59,607 nucleotides of DNA from Eubacteriales bacterium (GTDB taxonomy: Bacteria > Bacillota > Clostridia > Christensenellales > MB2-83). Below the pieces are notes generated by a model. That model did not search any database and had not been told where the DNA came from. It saw only the letters and a list, made by a program, of their open reading frames with translations. Shown piece after piece: positions 19,330 through 30,644 of the stretch. The stretch spans positions 1-59,607 of the forward strand of contig JAHAZM010000034.1 in assembly GCA_018385275.1 (NCBI GenBank), given 5' to 3'. How positions within the stretch are numbered: the stretch's first letter is position 1; every line of letters starts with the position of its first letter. The position numbers and the translations under genes are program-made.

Positions 19330-19794
19330 TCACTTTTTAAACACAAGGAATTTGCTTCCCAGATAATTGATCGCCAGCGCCACGACCGTCGAAAGGATAT
19401 ACGCGGCGACCCGTCCGATCGGCGGCTCCAGCCACAGCAGCGTCGCCTGCGAGGCGACGTACGCTGCCAGACACAGCGCGAAAAACTTGATCGATTCGAC
19501 CAGCGGTTTGGTGTCGCCGCTCGAGAAAGTCCAGAATTTGTTGCAGATATAACTGTTCACGATACCGCAGGTATAGCCGATCGCGTAAGCCAGCGGATGG
19601 ATCGCGGTGTGCACCAGGATCGAATAGACGATCGTGGTGATGAGAAAGTTCAGCACGCCGACGATATTGAATTTAAGAAACTGGATCAGCGCGGCGACCG
19701 GCTTGCTGTCGGGTTTGACCCCGAACAGCCCGAAAAACCACGTCACGACGATCTCGATCAGCCTGTTCAGTTCTTCGATCGGATTGAACCTCAT
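19330..19794 (-). CDS. GtrA family lipid-linked sugar flippase
   Basis: QFLKFNIVG..N, 4 TMs, NSYICNKFWTF and INYLGSKFLVF; start ATG 19794 overlaps the upstream TGA (TGATG). Confidence 0.88.
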   Translation of the reverse strand: MRFNPIEELNRLIEIVVTWFFGLFGVKPDSKPVAALIQFLKFNIVGVLNFLITTIVYSILVHTAIHPLAYAIGYTCGIVNSYICNKFWTFSSGDTKPLVESIKFFALCLAAYVASQATLLWLEPPIGRVAAYILSTVVALAINYLGSKFLVFKK

Positions 19795-22700
19795 CAGAAT
19801 ACCCAGCTGCCCAGCCATTTCATGGCGGAAACGAATTGATCGGCCACCGACACGCCGGACCACATCGGATAGAACAGCAGTCCCAGCACCGCGGCCACGA
19901 CCAGCAGACAGACGACGACGCGGCGCATCTTCTTTTCTTTGTCGCTGTGCGTACCGAAGAGGTAATCCATCGCCGCCGCCGAGAACAGGATCAGGAAAGG
20001 CACCGTCGCGAAATAGTGATAAATGAACGTCGATCTCGGCACGAACACCCACGGGATGAACTGCGCGCCGATGGCGATGAGCAGGAACATGATTTTGCTG
20101 TTGAAACGACGCCGCTCGGCGGTCGAGACGTTCTCCGCCCCAGGCAGAGTCGGCCGGTCGATACAGCGGCGGTTGACGACGGCGCGCCGGAGCGCCATGC
20201 CCGTCATGACCAGTCCGCCCCACCATACCAGCGGATTGCCGAAAGCCGCGATCGTACCGCGCAGGCCCGCGTCGGACAACGGCTCCAGATAGTACCACAT
20301 CGGACGCAGCATCAGCGGCCAGGTGTACCAGCGCGAGCGATACGGATGCGTGTCGCCGGTCAGTCCCGAATGATAGCTCAGCATGCTCTTCTGGTTCTCC
20401 CAGACGGTGCGCAGATACCCGTAATGCTTATTATAAGGCACAAAATACGCGTAAGACGCCACGTAGATGCAGGCCGGTACGGCCACGAACGCGATCAGGC
20501 AGAATCCGACGGTAATCAGCAGGTTCTTCCGGAAAACCGCCGTAACGTGCTGATACTGGGCGCGGTTCGGACAATCCGGGCTGCGCAGCGCTTTTTTCGC
20601 CATGAGATACTCGTCGTAGCGCTTATACATCGTATAGAAGAAGATGACGGCCAGTCCCAGTCCTGCGTAGAGACAGATCCATTTGCTGGCCGCGCCGAGA
20701 CCGAAAGCCAACCCGCACAGGCCCAGCGGCACCAGCGTGCGCGACAGCTTCTGCTTGTAGAAGTTCATCGTATAGTATCGGTACATGAACAGATACATCA
20801 GGATGATGAACAGCACGCCGAACGAATCGATCGTCGCGATCCGGGTCTGCACGAAATGCATCCCGTCGAAGGTCATGAATCCCAGCGCCAGCGCCGCGAT
20901 CCACGTTTTCTTGAAAAGCTGCTTGGCGAACAGATAGATCAGCGGAAGCATCAGGATACCCGCCACGTTGCCGGCAAAACGCCAGCCGAACGGATTCATA
21001 CCGAAGAGTTTGATGCTCCACGCGATAAAGACCTTGCCCAGCGGCGGATGCGTCGTTTCATAGGTGGTCAGTCCGTTGGCAAACTCATAGCCGGTCCGGG
21101 CGTGATAGATCTCGTCGAAATACATCCCGTTATAGTAGCTCGGGCTCGACGGCACCGTGCTCTGCTCGTCGAAAAGGCAGACCGCGCTCTTTTCGCCCGT
21201 CGTCCGCGTCGCGGACGCCAGCGTGAACGCCCGCGGATTCTTCTCCGCGTCCACCGCCCCCAGCTCGATCAGAGAAAACCCGACGCTCTTGGTCTCCACT
21301 TTTACGTAGCGCATAGACGCGTTGACCGTGATATACTGCCAGTCGTACATACTGCCGTTGACGTAATTGACGGTTTCCTTTGTCGTCCAGTTTTCGCCGT
21401 CGTCCGACACGGAAACGGTGAATTTCCCCTCCCCGATCGAACCGACGTAGTAGAGGTACCGCACGTAAGTGCTCTCTCCCAGATCGCCCACCGCCGACTC
21501 CAGCGTGGACGGCTTCCACATCCGCTCCGGGAAATTCGTCGTGCCGAGATTGAGGAAGGAAATGACGGCGTAGAGCACCGTTACGACGGTCACGAGGATC
21601 CAGTCGGGCCGTTTCATATTGAAACGCGCCGGCCCCTCCTCGTCGGCGAGCCGCGCCGCGGGCGCTTCCTTCCACGCCCGGATCCGTTCCGGGATCCCGT
21701 CGGCGAAATCCACGACCCGTCCACGGATACAGATGTCATAAACAACGTAGCAGAAATACCCGAACCAGGCCAGATTGAACGCGGCGATGAAATTGGGCAG
21801 CACGTCGACAAGGCTGGCGTTGAAGGTCGTCATGATCCAGGTGCTGTAGAGAACCAGCCCCACGTTGACGAAAACGCCGACCGACATCAGGAAAAACACG
21901 AACAACAGCCGGCGGTCGCGGGTCGTGAGGAACGCGTACAGCGTCAGCAGCACGCCCACCACCAGATAACGCTCGTGCATTTTCGGCACCAGCATAAAGA
22001 TCGCCGCCACGATAAAGGCCGCCAGCACCGCCAGATTCTCTTTCTTTTTATGCTTGAAGTTCAGCAGGAACATCGGCACCATGATGACGAGGATGGCGAT
22101 GACGGAAAGCAGCCAGTACGGCATGCCCAGCGGGGTGGCGGAGACGCCGTTCCCGCCGAAAAACGCGTAGATATTGAACGCATTGAGCGTCAGATAGTTG
22201 TATTGTCCGATCGTCCCGGCGAATTTCTCAAAGATCCAGGTGGCCTTCTGCGTAAACGAGAACGTCGCAAAGTCAAAGCTGAAGAGGAAGATCACCGCGA
22301 TCATGGCCGCCAGCGCGATAGCCAGATTGAGGAAGAATTTCTTGAGGAACACGCGGTGCGTTTCCGGGTCGCGGCGCGCCGTCAGATATTCGTTGACCGT
22401 GCCGAAAAACAGGATCGGCCCCATGAAGAACATCTGCGGCTTAAGCAGCATCCCCAGCGTAAAGGTCACAAAAGCGGCAAGCTGCTTCTTTTCCGCCAGG
22501 AAATACACCATCAGCACCATGGCCAGCGCCACGATCGAGTCGATCTGTCCCCAGCCCGTGGACGTGATCCACATGGCCGGATTGAGGAAATAAGCCGCCG
22601 CGCCGATCGCGCCCATCCGCTCGCCGAGTTTTTTGACGCCGACGCGATAGACGAAAAGCGTGCCCAGCACGTCGGCGATGACCGCCGGCGTCACCAGCAG

Positions 22701-23702
22701 GATCGCCGTACCCGTCGAATTGGTCCCGAACCCGAGCCACGATTTCAGCAGCCCGATCGGCCAGAGCAGCAGGATATACAGCGGGGGATAATCGCAGAAG
22801 GTCGAGGCGTAGAAATGCGCCGGCCCTTTCTCGAAAACCGTCGTCGCCCAGCCCTGAAAACAACTGTAGAAGTCCGTCGAATAGAAAGGGATCTCCTTGA
22901 AAGACCACGCCCTCAGCACGGCGCCGGCCGCCAGGATAATCAGCAGCGCCGGCGTGAAACGCGGCCGATGCGCCTTGGGATCGCCCAACTGCGCCGCGGT
23001 CTTTTTGGAATACACGCCGAAGTAGTACAGCGCGACGGATCCGGCGATGAAGATCGCCGTGGCCCATTTGACCATCTGATAGCCGTCGACTTTTTTCTGC
23101 TCCTCGGTTTTTTCGGTTTCGGGTTTGGTTTCTTTTTTATTGTAGTTGGCCAGACTCTGCGCCGTCGCGCCGCCGGGTACCGAACCGACGGCCTCCATGG
23201 TCACGTCGTCGAAATACGCCGTTCCCGAGGTCAGTCCTCCGTAATAGCCGAGACGAAGCGCCACGATCACTTCTTTCGTGTCCGCGTCGGTCTTTCCGTA
23301 AAACTCCACGTACCGCCAGTCGCTGTCTCCCGTGACGTAATCCGAACAGGCCCACGTCTCCAGCGCCGACAGGTTCGCGCCCGTTCCGACGACGCCCTCC
23401 GTCTTGATATAAGCGGAAATGCGATAGAGGGTATTGGGCCGCACGGAAACCAGTTTCTCGTAGCGCGCGTCGTTTTCTCCCGTGCTGACGATACAGGCCG
23501 CGTTTCCTCCCGTCCGGCCGCCCGCGACGCAAAAGCTCGTGACGCCCGTATCGTTGTAAACGCCCTCGACCCAGCCGCTCACTTTGCCGTCGTCGACGGC
23601 GTCAAAGCCCGGGTTGGGCAGCAAATTGGTCGCGGCTGCCGCCGTCACGCTCATCAGGACCAGGAGCGTCAGCGCCAACCATGCCGTCAAGATTTTTTTC
23701 AT
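19794..23702 (-). CDS. Multi-domain lipid-carrier-dependent glycosyltransferase: CBM4_9-like + GT87/ALG6-like GT-C + discoidin-like + PMT (GT39)
   Basis: Signal peptide; NLLPNPGF..AYFDDV CBM; CDYPP, WGQIDS, KPQ and MHERY (first GT-C); YFDEIYH, ETTHPPLGK, FGWRF, RIATID, HPY.S.W..WP and FIYHY (PMT). Confidence 0.85.
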   Translation of the reverse strand: MKKILTAWLALTLLVLMSVTAAAATNLLPNPGFDAVDDGKVSGWVEGVYNDTGVTSFCVAGGRTGGNAACIVSTGENDARYEKLVSVRPNTLYRISAYIKTEGVVGTGANLSALETWACSDYVTGDSDWRYVEFYGKTDADTKEVIVALRLGYYGGLTSGTAYFDDVTMEAVGSVPGGATAQSLANYNKKETKPETEKTEEQKKVDGYQMVKWATAIFIAGSVALYYFGVYSKKTAAQLGDPKAHRPRFTPALLIILAAGAVLRAWSFKEIPFYSTDFYSCFQGWATTVFEKGPAHFYASTFCDYPPLYILLLWPIGLLKSWLGFGTNSTGTAILLVTPAVIADVLGTLFVYRVGVKKLGERMGAIGAAAYFLNPAMWITSTGWGQIDSIVALAMVLMVYFLAEKKQLAAFVTFTLGMLLKPQMFFMGPILFFGTVNEYLTARRDPETHRVFLKKFFLNLAIALAAMIAVIFLFSFDFATFSFTQKATWIFEKFAGTIGQYNYLTLNAFNIYAFFGGNGVSATPLGMPYWLLSVIAILVIMVPMFLLNFKHKKKENLAVLAAFIVAAIFMLVPKMHERYLVVGVLLTLYAFLTTRDRRLLFVFFLMSVGVFVNVGLVLYSTWIMTTFNASLVDVLPNFIAAFNLAWFGYFCYVVYDICIRGRVVDFADGIPERIRAWKEAPAARLADEEGPARFNMKRPDWILVTVVTVLYAVISFLNLGTTNFPERMWKPSTLESAVGDLGESTYVRYLYYVGSIGEGKFTVSVSDDGENWTTKETVNYVNGSMYDWQYITVNASMRYVKVETKSVGFSLIELGAVDAEKNPRAFTLASATRTTGEKSAVCLFDEQSTVPSSPSYYNGMYFDEIYHARTGYEFANGLTTYETTHPPLGKVFIAWSIKLFGMNPFGWRFAGNVAGILMLPLIYLFAKQLFKKTWIAALALGFMTFDGMHFVQTRIATIDSFGVLFIILMYLFMYRYYTMNFYKQKLSRTLVPLGLCGLAFGLGAASKWICLYAGLGLAVIFFYTMYKRYDEYLMAKKALRSPDCPNRAQYQHVTAVFRKNLLITVGFCLIAFVAVPACIYVASYAYFVPYNKHYGYLRTVWENQKSMLSYHSGLTGDTHPYRSRWYTWPLMLRPMWYYLEPLSDAGLRGTIAAFGNPLVWWGGLVMTGMALRRAVVNRRCIDRPTLPGAENVSTAERRRFNSKIMFLLIAIGAQFIPWVFVPRSTFIYHYFATVPFLILFSAAAMDYLFGTHSDKEKKMRRVVVCLLVVAAVLGLLFYPMWSGVSVADQFVSAMKWLGSWVF

Positions 23703-23728
23703 CCTATTTTCCCTCCACCGTCGTCGCG

Positions 23729-24103
23729 TCAGATATTCCTCATATCGAACGCGTTTTCTATATAACGGATCCTTTCGCGGCCGTCGGTCAGATAGACCTC
23801 CGCCACGTCGAAAAGCATCACCGAGTCGTACAAACCGTTGGCCGCGGCATACGCGCGCGCCGCTGAAACGATGCGCCGCCGCTTGGCCGCCGTGACCGCC
23901 TCGCCCGGCGTTCCGTATCCGACTCCGCTGCGGGCCTTGACCTCGACAAAGCGCACTTCTCCGTCCCGCACCGCCACGATATCCACTTCTCCGCTCCGCA
24001 CACGAAAGTTGCGCGCCGTCACGGAAAACCCGCGTCCGGTCAGATACGCGCAGACCGCGTCTTCTCCGATCTTGCCTCGGATCGCTTTTTCGTTTTTCTC
24101 CAA
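23729..24103 (-). CDS. yraN: YraN family (UPF0102) putative endonuclease
   Basis: GKIGED, RNFR..GEVDIVA, FVEVKAR, EAVT..K, FDV and IENAF; TTG start 24103 after AAGGA. Confidence 0.92.
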   Translation of the reverse strand: MEKNEKAIRGKIGEDAVCAYLTGRGFSVTARNFRVRSGEVDIVAVRDGEVRFVEVKARSGVGYGTPGEAVTAAKRRRIVSAARAYAAANGLYDSVMLFDVAEVYLTDGRERIRYIENAFDMRNI

Positions 24104-24105
24104 CC

Positions 24106-24483
24106 CTATCCTTCTCTCGTCAGCGTGAAAGTCTTCTCGCGCCAGATTTCTCCCTCGGCGATCGTCGTATTGAACAGCCAGCGGATCGTCACGCTGCCGC
24201 CGTCCTGTTCGACGGTATACTGACCGCCCTCGAACGGGCAGTAACCGTCGTCTCCTCCGCCGCATTCGCCCAGCAGGATCTTTTCCCCGTTCACGACCTG
24301 ACTCGCTTCCGCCCCGCTGCCGACGAGGAATTGCCACTCGCGAATGACGAGCTTCCCATACCCGTCGGAAAGCGGGATCTCGATCACCGTACGGTATTCC
24401 CGTCCCGGCAGACAGCCCGCCAGACTCAGCGTCAGCACGGCGAGCAGCAGGAGCGCCGCCGTTTTCTTCATTGTTCTCTTCAT
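24106..24483 (-). CDS. Hypothetical small lipoprotein
   Basis: MKKTAALLLLAVLTLSLAGC lipobox; GGAGG RBS; overlaps the rnhB stop. Confidence 0.7.
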   Translation of the reverse strand: MKRTMKKTAALLLLAVLTLSLAGCLPGREYRTVIEIPLSDGYGKLVIREWQFLVGSGAEASQVVNGEKILLGECGGGDDGYCPFEGGQYTVEQDGGSVTIRWLFNTTIAEGEIWREKTFTLTREG

Positions 24484-25097
24484 CGCTCGTCCTCCTTCAC
24501 GAAATGCCCGATGAACGACCGTCTGTGGATCGGACACGGGCCCAGTTCGCGCAGCGCGGCGATGTGCGCGGCGCTGCCGTAGCCTTTATTGGAGGCAAAT
24601 CCGTAGCCCGGATAAATCTCGTCCCAGCGGCACATGAGCCTGTCCCGGGTGACCTTGGCCACGATAGAAGCCGCCGCGATCGAATAGGACAGCGCGTCGC
24701 CCTTGACGATCGGCGTCTGGGGAACAGCAAGCCCCTCGAGGCGCACCGCGTCAATGAGCACGTGCTCCGGCGCGACGCTCAAGCCCTCGAGCGCCCGGCG
24801 CATCGCCAGCTTGGTGGCGTTGAGGATGTTGATCTCGTCGATGGTTTTTTCATCGACGAGCGCCACCGACCAGGCCACAGCCCGGCCGATGATCTCTTCA
24901 TACAGTTTTTCTCTCTTTTTAGGCGAAACCTTCTTCGAGTCGTCCACGCCGTCGATCAGCCCGTCGGTCAGCGGCAGGATGACGGCCGCCGCCGCGACCG
25001 GTCCGGCCAACGGCCCGCGCCCCACCTCGTCCATTCCGGCGATGAGCGTGAATCCCCGGGCCAGAAGCGGTCTTTCGTAAGCCAACGGATCCGTCAT
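24480..25097 (-). CDS. rnhB: Ribonuclease HII
   Basis: GMDEVGRGPLAGPV, DSKK, KGD, IAAASIVAKVTRD, NKGY and HRRSF; start ATG 25097. Confidence 0.96.
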   Translation of the reverse strand: MTDPLAYERPLLARGFTLIAGMDEVGRGPLAGPVAAAAVILPLTDGLIDGVDDSKKVSPKKREKLYEEIIGRAVAWSVALVDEKTIDEINILNATKLAMRRALEGLSVAPEHVLIDAVRLEGLAVPQTPIVKGDALSYSIAAASIVAKVTRDRLMCRWDEIYPGYGFASNKGYGSAAHIAALRELGPCPIHRRSFIGHFVKEDER

Positions 25098-25936
25098 GGC
25101 AGTTCCTCCAGCGTGATGCGCCCCAGTTTCCCGGCGCGGTATTCGTCGAAAATCACGCGCGCCGCCCGCTCCCGGTCCTCGACGCCGCCGCTGCGGATCC
25201 AACCGCGTTTGCGGCAGATCCGTCCGATCAGCTCGTCGGCCGGCCCGTTCTCATCCTCCAGTTTATACCGCGCCGCCAGCGCGCCCGGCGCCGTCGTGCG
25301 GATCGTATCGGCAAACAGCGTCAGCAGCTCCTGCAGATCGAGAATATCGTCGCGGACCGCGCCGGTAAAGGCCAGCAGCAGTCCGTCGGTCCGGCTACGG
25401 ATCTTCGGCGGCAGGATGCCCGGCGTGTCCAGCAGTTCCAGATACCGGTCTGCGCGGATCCATTGCTTGGCTCTGGTCACTCCCGGCATATCGCCGGTCT
25501 TGGCCCGCGCCGCGCCGGCGGCGGTATTGGTAAAGGTGGATTTCCCCGCGTTGGGGATCCCCACTACCATGGCTCTGACCGTCATGGTCATCCCTTTCTC
25601 CGCTTTGGCGGCGATCCGCTCCGCCATGACGTTCCGTACCGCCGCGCAGACCCGCGCCACGTCCTTGGCCTGCGAAGCGTTCCCGGCCAGCACCGCGTCG
25701 TATTCCGGCGCGAAGCGTTCTTTCCACCGGGCGGTCCGGTCCGGATCGGCCAGATCCGCCTTGTTCAGCATCAGGACTCTCTTTTTCCCTTTGAACAGAT
25801 CGTATACCGTATCGTTCCGGCTGGCGGACGGAACGCGCGCGTCGACCAGCTCGATGACGCAGTCAACGAGCCTGACGTTCTCTTCCATCATGCGCCGGGT
25901 CTTGGTCATATGTCCCGGGTACCACTGGATCTCCAT
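25094..25936 (-). CDS. rbgA: Ribosome biogenesis GTPase RbgA/YlqF
   Basis: IQWYPGHM, DARVP, NKADL, GIPNAGKS, PGVTR and LLDTPG. Confidence 0.96.
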   Translation of the reverse strand: MEIQWYPGHMTKTRRMMEENVRLVDCVIELVDARVPSASRNDTVYDLFKGKKRVLMLNKADLADPDRTARWKERFAPEYDAVLAGNASQAKDVARVCAAVRNVMAERIAAKAEKGMTMTVRAMVVGIPNAGKSTFTNTAAGAARAKTGDMPGVTRAKQWIRADRYLELLDTPGILPPKIRSRTDGLLLAFTGAVRDDILDLQELLTLFADTIRTTAPGALAARYKLEDENGPADELIGRICRKRGWIRSGGVEDRERAARVIFDEYRAGKLGRITLEELP

Positions 25937-26119
25937 GGGCCACCTCATGCTAAATATGTTTTTATATTATAACCTGTTTTGCCGTAAAAATAAAGTGTTT
26001 TTTCTCATTCTCTTCCTTTTTCCCGAAATATGCCGTTTCCAAAAAAATCATTTTGTTTTTCCGGAAAAGTATGTTAGAATGCTCATATATTCATTTCATT
26101 CGAAAAACGGAGCGATCGC

Positions 26120-27049
26120 ATGGAATACCTGAGCTTTACCGCGGAAAAAGACTACGCCCGGGCCGACGTGGCCGTGACGGAGCTGACCGGCGGACGCCTG
26201 TCGCGTTCGGCGGCGGCCGAGCGGATCAAAAGCGGCGACGTGACCGTCGACGGCAAACCCGTCAAGCCCGGCCGTCCCATCCGGGCCGGCGAGGTCGTCG
26301 ACGTCGAGATCCCCGAGCCCGTCGTCCTGACCGACGCGGAACCGGAAGATATCCCGCTCGACGTCGTTTTCGAGGACGCCGACGTCATCGTCGTCAATAA
26401 ACCCCGCGGCCTGACCGTCCACCCCGCGCCCGGCAACGAGCGCGGCACGCTGGTCAACGCCCTGCTCTTTCACTGTCGTGATCTCAGCGGGATCAACGGC
26501 ACGCTGCGTCCCGGCATCGTCCACCGCATCGACAAAGACACGACGGGCCTGCTTATCGTCGCCAAAAACGACGAGGCGCACCGCAGTCTGGCCGACCAGA
26601 TCCGCCGCAAGGAATGTTCGCGCGTATATTTGGCCGTCGTCGAGGGAAATATCCGGGAGGACTCCGGCGTCGTCGACGCCCCGATCGCCCGCGACCCCCG
26701 CGACCGCAAACGCATGGCCGTCGTTCCCGGCGGCCGGGATGCGCGCACGCATTACGAAGTGCTGGAACGCTTCGGCCGGGCCACTCTGGTGCGCTGCCGG
26801 CTGGAGACCGGCCGCACCCATCAGATCCGCGTGCATATGAAACATCTGGGCCATCCCCTGCTGGGCGATCCCGTTTACGGCAGCCGTCGTCCCCTGCCCG
26901 AAGCGCACGTTCTGAGCGGACAGGCGCTGCACGCCGTTTCCCTGACCTTCACGCACCCGCGGGACGGCCGCCGCGTTACCGTAACGGCGCCGCCGGACCC
27001 GGAAATGGAGAGCCTCCTCGCCCTCCTGCGCGCCCGCGCCTCCGTCTGA
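26120..27049 (+). CDS. RluA family (RluD-like) pseudouridine synthase
   Basis: S4 domain; VNKP.G..VHP, RPGIVHRIDKDTTG and LETGRTHQIRVH. Confidence 0.95.
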   Translation: MEYLSFTAEKDYARADVAVTELTGGRLSRSAAAERIKSGDVTVDGKPVKPGRPIRAGEVVDVEIPEPVVLTDAEPEDIPLDVVFEDADVIVVNKPRGLTVHPAPGNERGTLVNALLFHCRDLSGINGTLRPGIVHRIDKDTTGLLIVAKNDEAHRSLADQIRRKECSRVYLAVVEGNIREDSGVVDAPIARDPRDRKRMAVVPGGRDARTHYEVLERFGRATLVRCRLETGRTHQIRVHMKHLGHPLLGDPVYGSRRPLPEAHVLSGQALHAVSLTFTHPRDGRRVTVTAPPDPEMESLLALLRARASV

Positions 27050-27101
27050 TTTCCTCCTTTTCCCGCTCTTCCGCCCGTCCGACGGTCCTGTAAAAATATG
27101 A

Positions 27102-27130
27102 TTGACGGATACGGCTGTTGCAAGTAAAAT
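27102..27130 (+). promoter_or_regulatory. SigA-like promoter of prfC-typA
   Basis: TTGACG-N17-TAAAAT. Confidence 0.65.
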
Positions 27131-27164
27131 TATTAAGTTAAAAATTCACGAAAGAAGATCGACT

Positions 27165-28772
27165 ATGGTATCCAGCGACCTGCAAAAGCAAATCGAATGC
27201 CGCCGCACTTTCGCGATCATCTCCCATCCCGACGCCGGCAAGACCACGCTGACGGAAAAACTGCTGCTCTACGGCGGCGCGATCCGCGAAGCGGGCTCGG
27301 TCAAGGCCCGGAAATCGGCGCATCACGCCGTTTCCGACTGGATGGAGATCGAAAAGCAGAGAGGCATTTCCGTGACCTCCTCGGTCATGCAGTTTGAATT
27401 CGACGGCTACAAAATCAATATCCTCGACACCCCCGGCCATCAGGATTTCAGTGAGGATACCTACCGCACGCTGGTCGCGGCGGACAGCGCCGTCATGATC
27501 ATCGACGCGGCCAAAGGCGTCGAGCCCCAGACCATCAAGCTCTTCCGCGTCTGCAAGATGCGCGGCATCCCGATCTTCACCTTCGTCAACAAGCTCGACC
27601 GGGCCGGCAAAAACCCGTTCGATCTGATGGAGGAGATCGAAAACGTGCTCGGCATCCGCTCCACTCCGATCAACTGGCCCATCGGCACGGACGGGGATTT
27701 CCAGGGCGTTTACGACCGGCTCGACAAACAGATCGAGCTGTATGCCGGCGACGAAAGCCACGGTGCGCGCAAACTCTCCGTCATCAAAGGCGCCGTCGAT
27801 TCTCCCGAGATCGCGGCCGTGCTCGCGCCCCATTATATCGAACGGCTGAAGGAAGAAACCGAGCTGCTCGACGCGGCGGGCGATCCGTTCGATCTGGACA
27901 AAATCCGCGCCGGCGAGCTGACGCCGATGTTTTTCGGCAGCGCCATGAATAATTTCGGCGTCGAAAGTTTCCTCAAAAAATATCTCCGCTTCACCCTGCC
28001 GCCCACGCCCCGCGTCTCCAGCGAAGGTCCGATCCCGGCGTGCAGCGACGTTTTCTCCGGTTTTATCTTTAAAATCCAAGCCAATATGAATCCGGCTCAC
28101 CACGACCGCGTGGCTTTCATGCGCATCTGCTCGGGCCGCTTTGAAAAAGGCATGACCGTGACCCTGACCAATACGGGCAAACTCCTGAAGCTTTCTCAGC
28201 CCCAGCAGTTCATGGCGCAGGAACGCGAGCTCATCGAGGAAGCCTACGCCGGCGACATGGTCGGTCTGTTCGACCCCGGCGTCTTCCATCTGGGCGACAC
28301 GCTGGCCAGTCCGGGGAGCCGTTTCACCTTCGACAGCATCCCCGTCTTCGCGCCGGAGCATTTCGCCCGCGTGTACGCGCCGGATTCGGGCAAACGCAAG
28401 CAGTTTTCCAAAGGCGTCAGTCAGCTGGCGGAGGAAGGCGCGATCCAGATCTTCCGCGAGCCCGACGCGGCGCGCGAGGAATTCATTGTCGGCGTCGTCG
28501 GCGTCCTGCAGTTCGAAGTGCTCGAATACCGCCTCGCCAACGAATACAACACCGGCATCACCCTCGATCGCCTGCCCTACCGATTCGTACGCTGGGTCGC
28601 GGAAGATACCGACGTGACCCGCCTCAAACTCTCCAGTTCGACGCATATCGCGCTGGACGAGACCGGCAGCCCCGTCATCCTGTTTGAAAACGAATGGTCG
28701 ATCCGCTGGGCGACCGAAAACAACCCCGGCCTGACGCTTTCGGACGTCATGCTCGGCCGGATCAAAGCCTGA
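27165..28772 (+). CDS. prfC: Peptide chain release factor 3
   Basis: RRTFAIISHPDAGKTTLTEK, DTPGHQDFSEDTYR, KIQANM and GVLQFEV. Confidence 0.97.
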   Translation: MVSSDLQKQIECRRTFAIISHPDAGKTTLTEKLLLYGGAIREAGSVKARKSAHHAVSDWMEIEKQRGISVTSSVMQFEFDGYKINILDTPGHQDFSEDTYRTLVAADSAVMIIDAAKGVEPQTIKLFRVCKMRGIPIFTFVNKLDRAGKNPFDLMEEIENVLGIRSTPINWPIGTDGDFQGVYDRLDKQIELYAGDESHGARKLSVIKGAVDSPEIAAVLAPHYIERLKEETELLDAAGDPFDLDKIRAGELTPMFFGSAMNNFGVESFLKKYLRFTLPPTPRVSSEGPIPACSDVFSGFIFKIQANMNPAHHDRVAFMRICSGRFEKGMTVTLTNTGKLLKLSQPQQFMAQERELIEEAYAGDMVGLFDPGVFHLGDTLASPGSRFTFDSIPVFAPEHFARVYAPDSGKRKQFSKGVSQLAEEGAIQIFREPDAAREEFIVGVVGVLQFEVLEYRLANEYNTGITLDRLPYRFVRWVAEDTDVTRLKLSSSTHIALDETGSPVILFENEWSIRWATENNPGLTLSDVMLGRIKA

Positions 28773-28788
28773 TAAAGGACGGTTTATC

Positions 28789-30600
<1,812 letters not shown>

Positions 30601-30613
30601 TCGGTCTTTTCCC

Positions 30614-30644
30614 GATCCGCCCCGTCCCGGGCGGATCTTTTTTT
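30614..30644 (+). terminator. Intrinsic terminator
   Basis: GATCCGCCC/GGGCGGATC followed by T7. Confidence 0.85.

Noticed and set aside
19795-20298. N-terminal extensions of track ORFs (GtrA 20298, YraN 24337, RnhB 25202, ylmC 6890, M23 8938, DUF4870-like 51121)
   Set aside because: The extensions overlap other genes or promoters; downstream starts with proper RBSs match the family N-termini
19836-23765. Very long antisense ORFs (1309 aa here; also 14094..17288, 42147..45395, 5308..7629, 27138..28895, 28960..30729)
   Set aside because: They are shadow frames opposite well-supported genes, expected from high-GC codon bias; Arg/His/Val-rich, with no motifs or RBS
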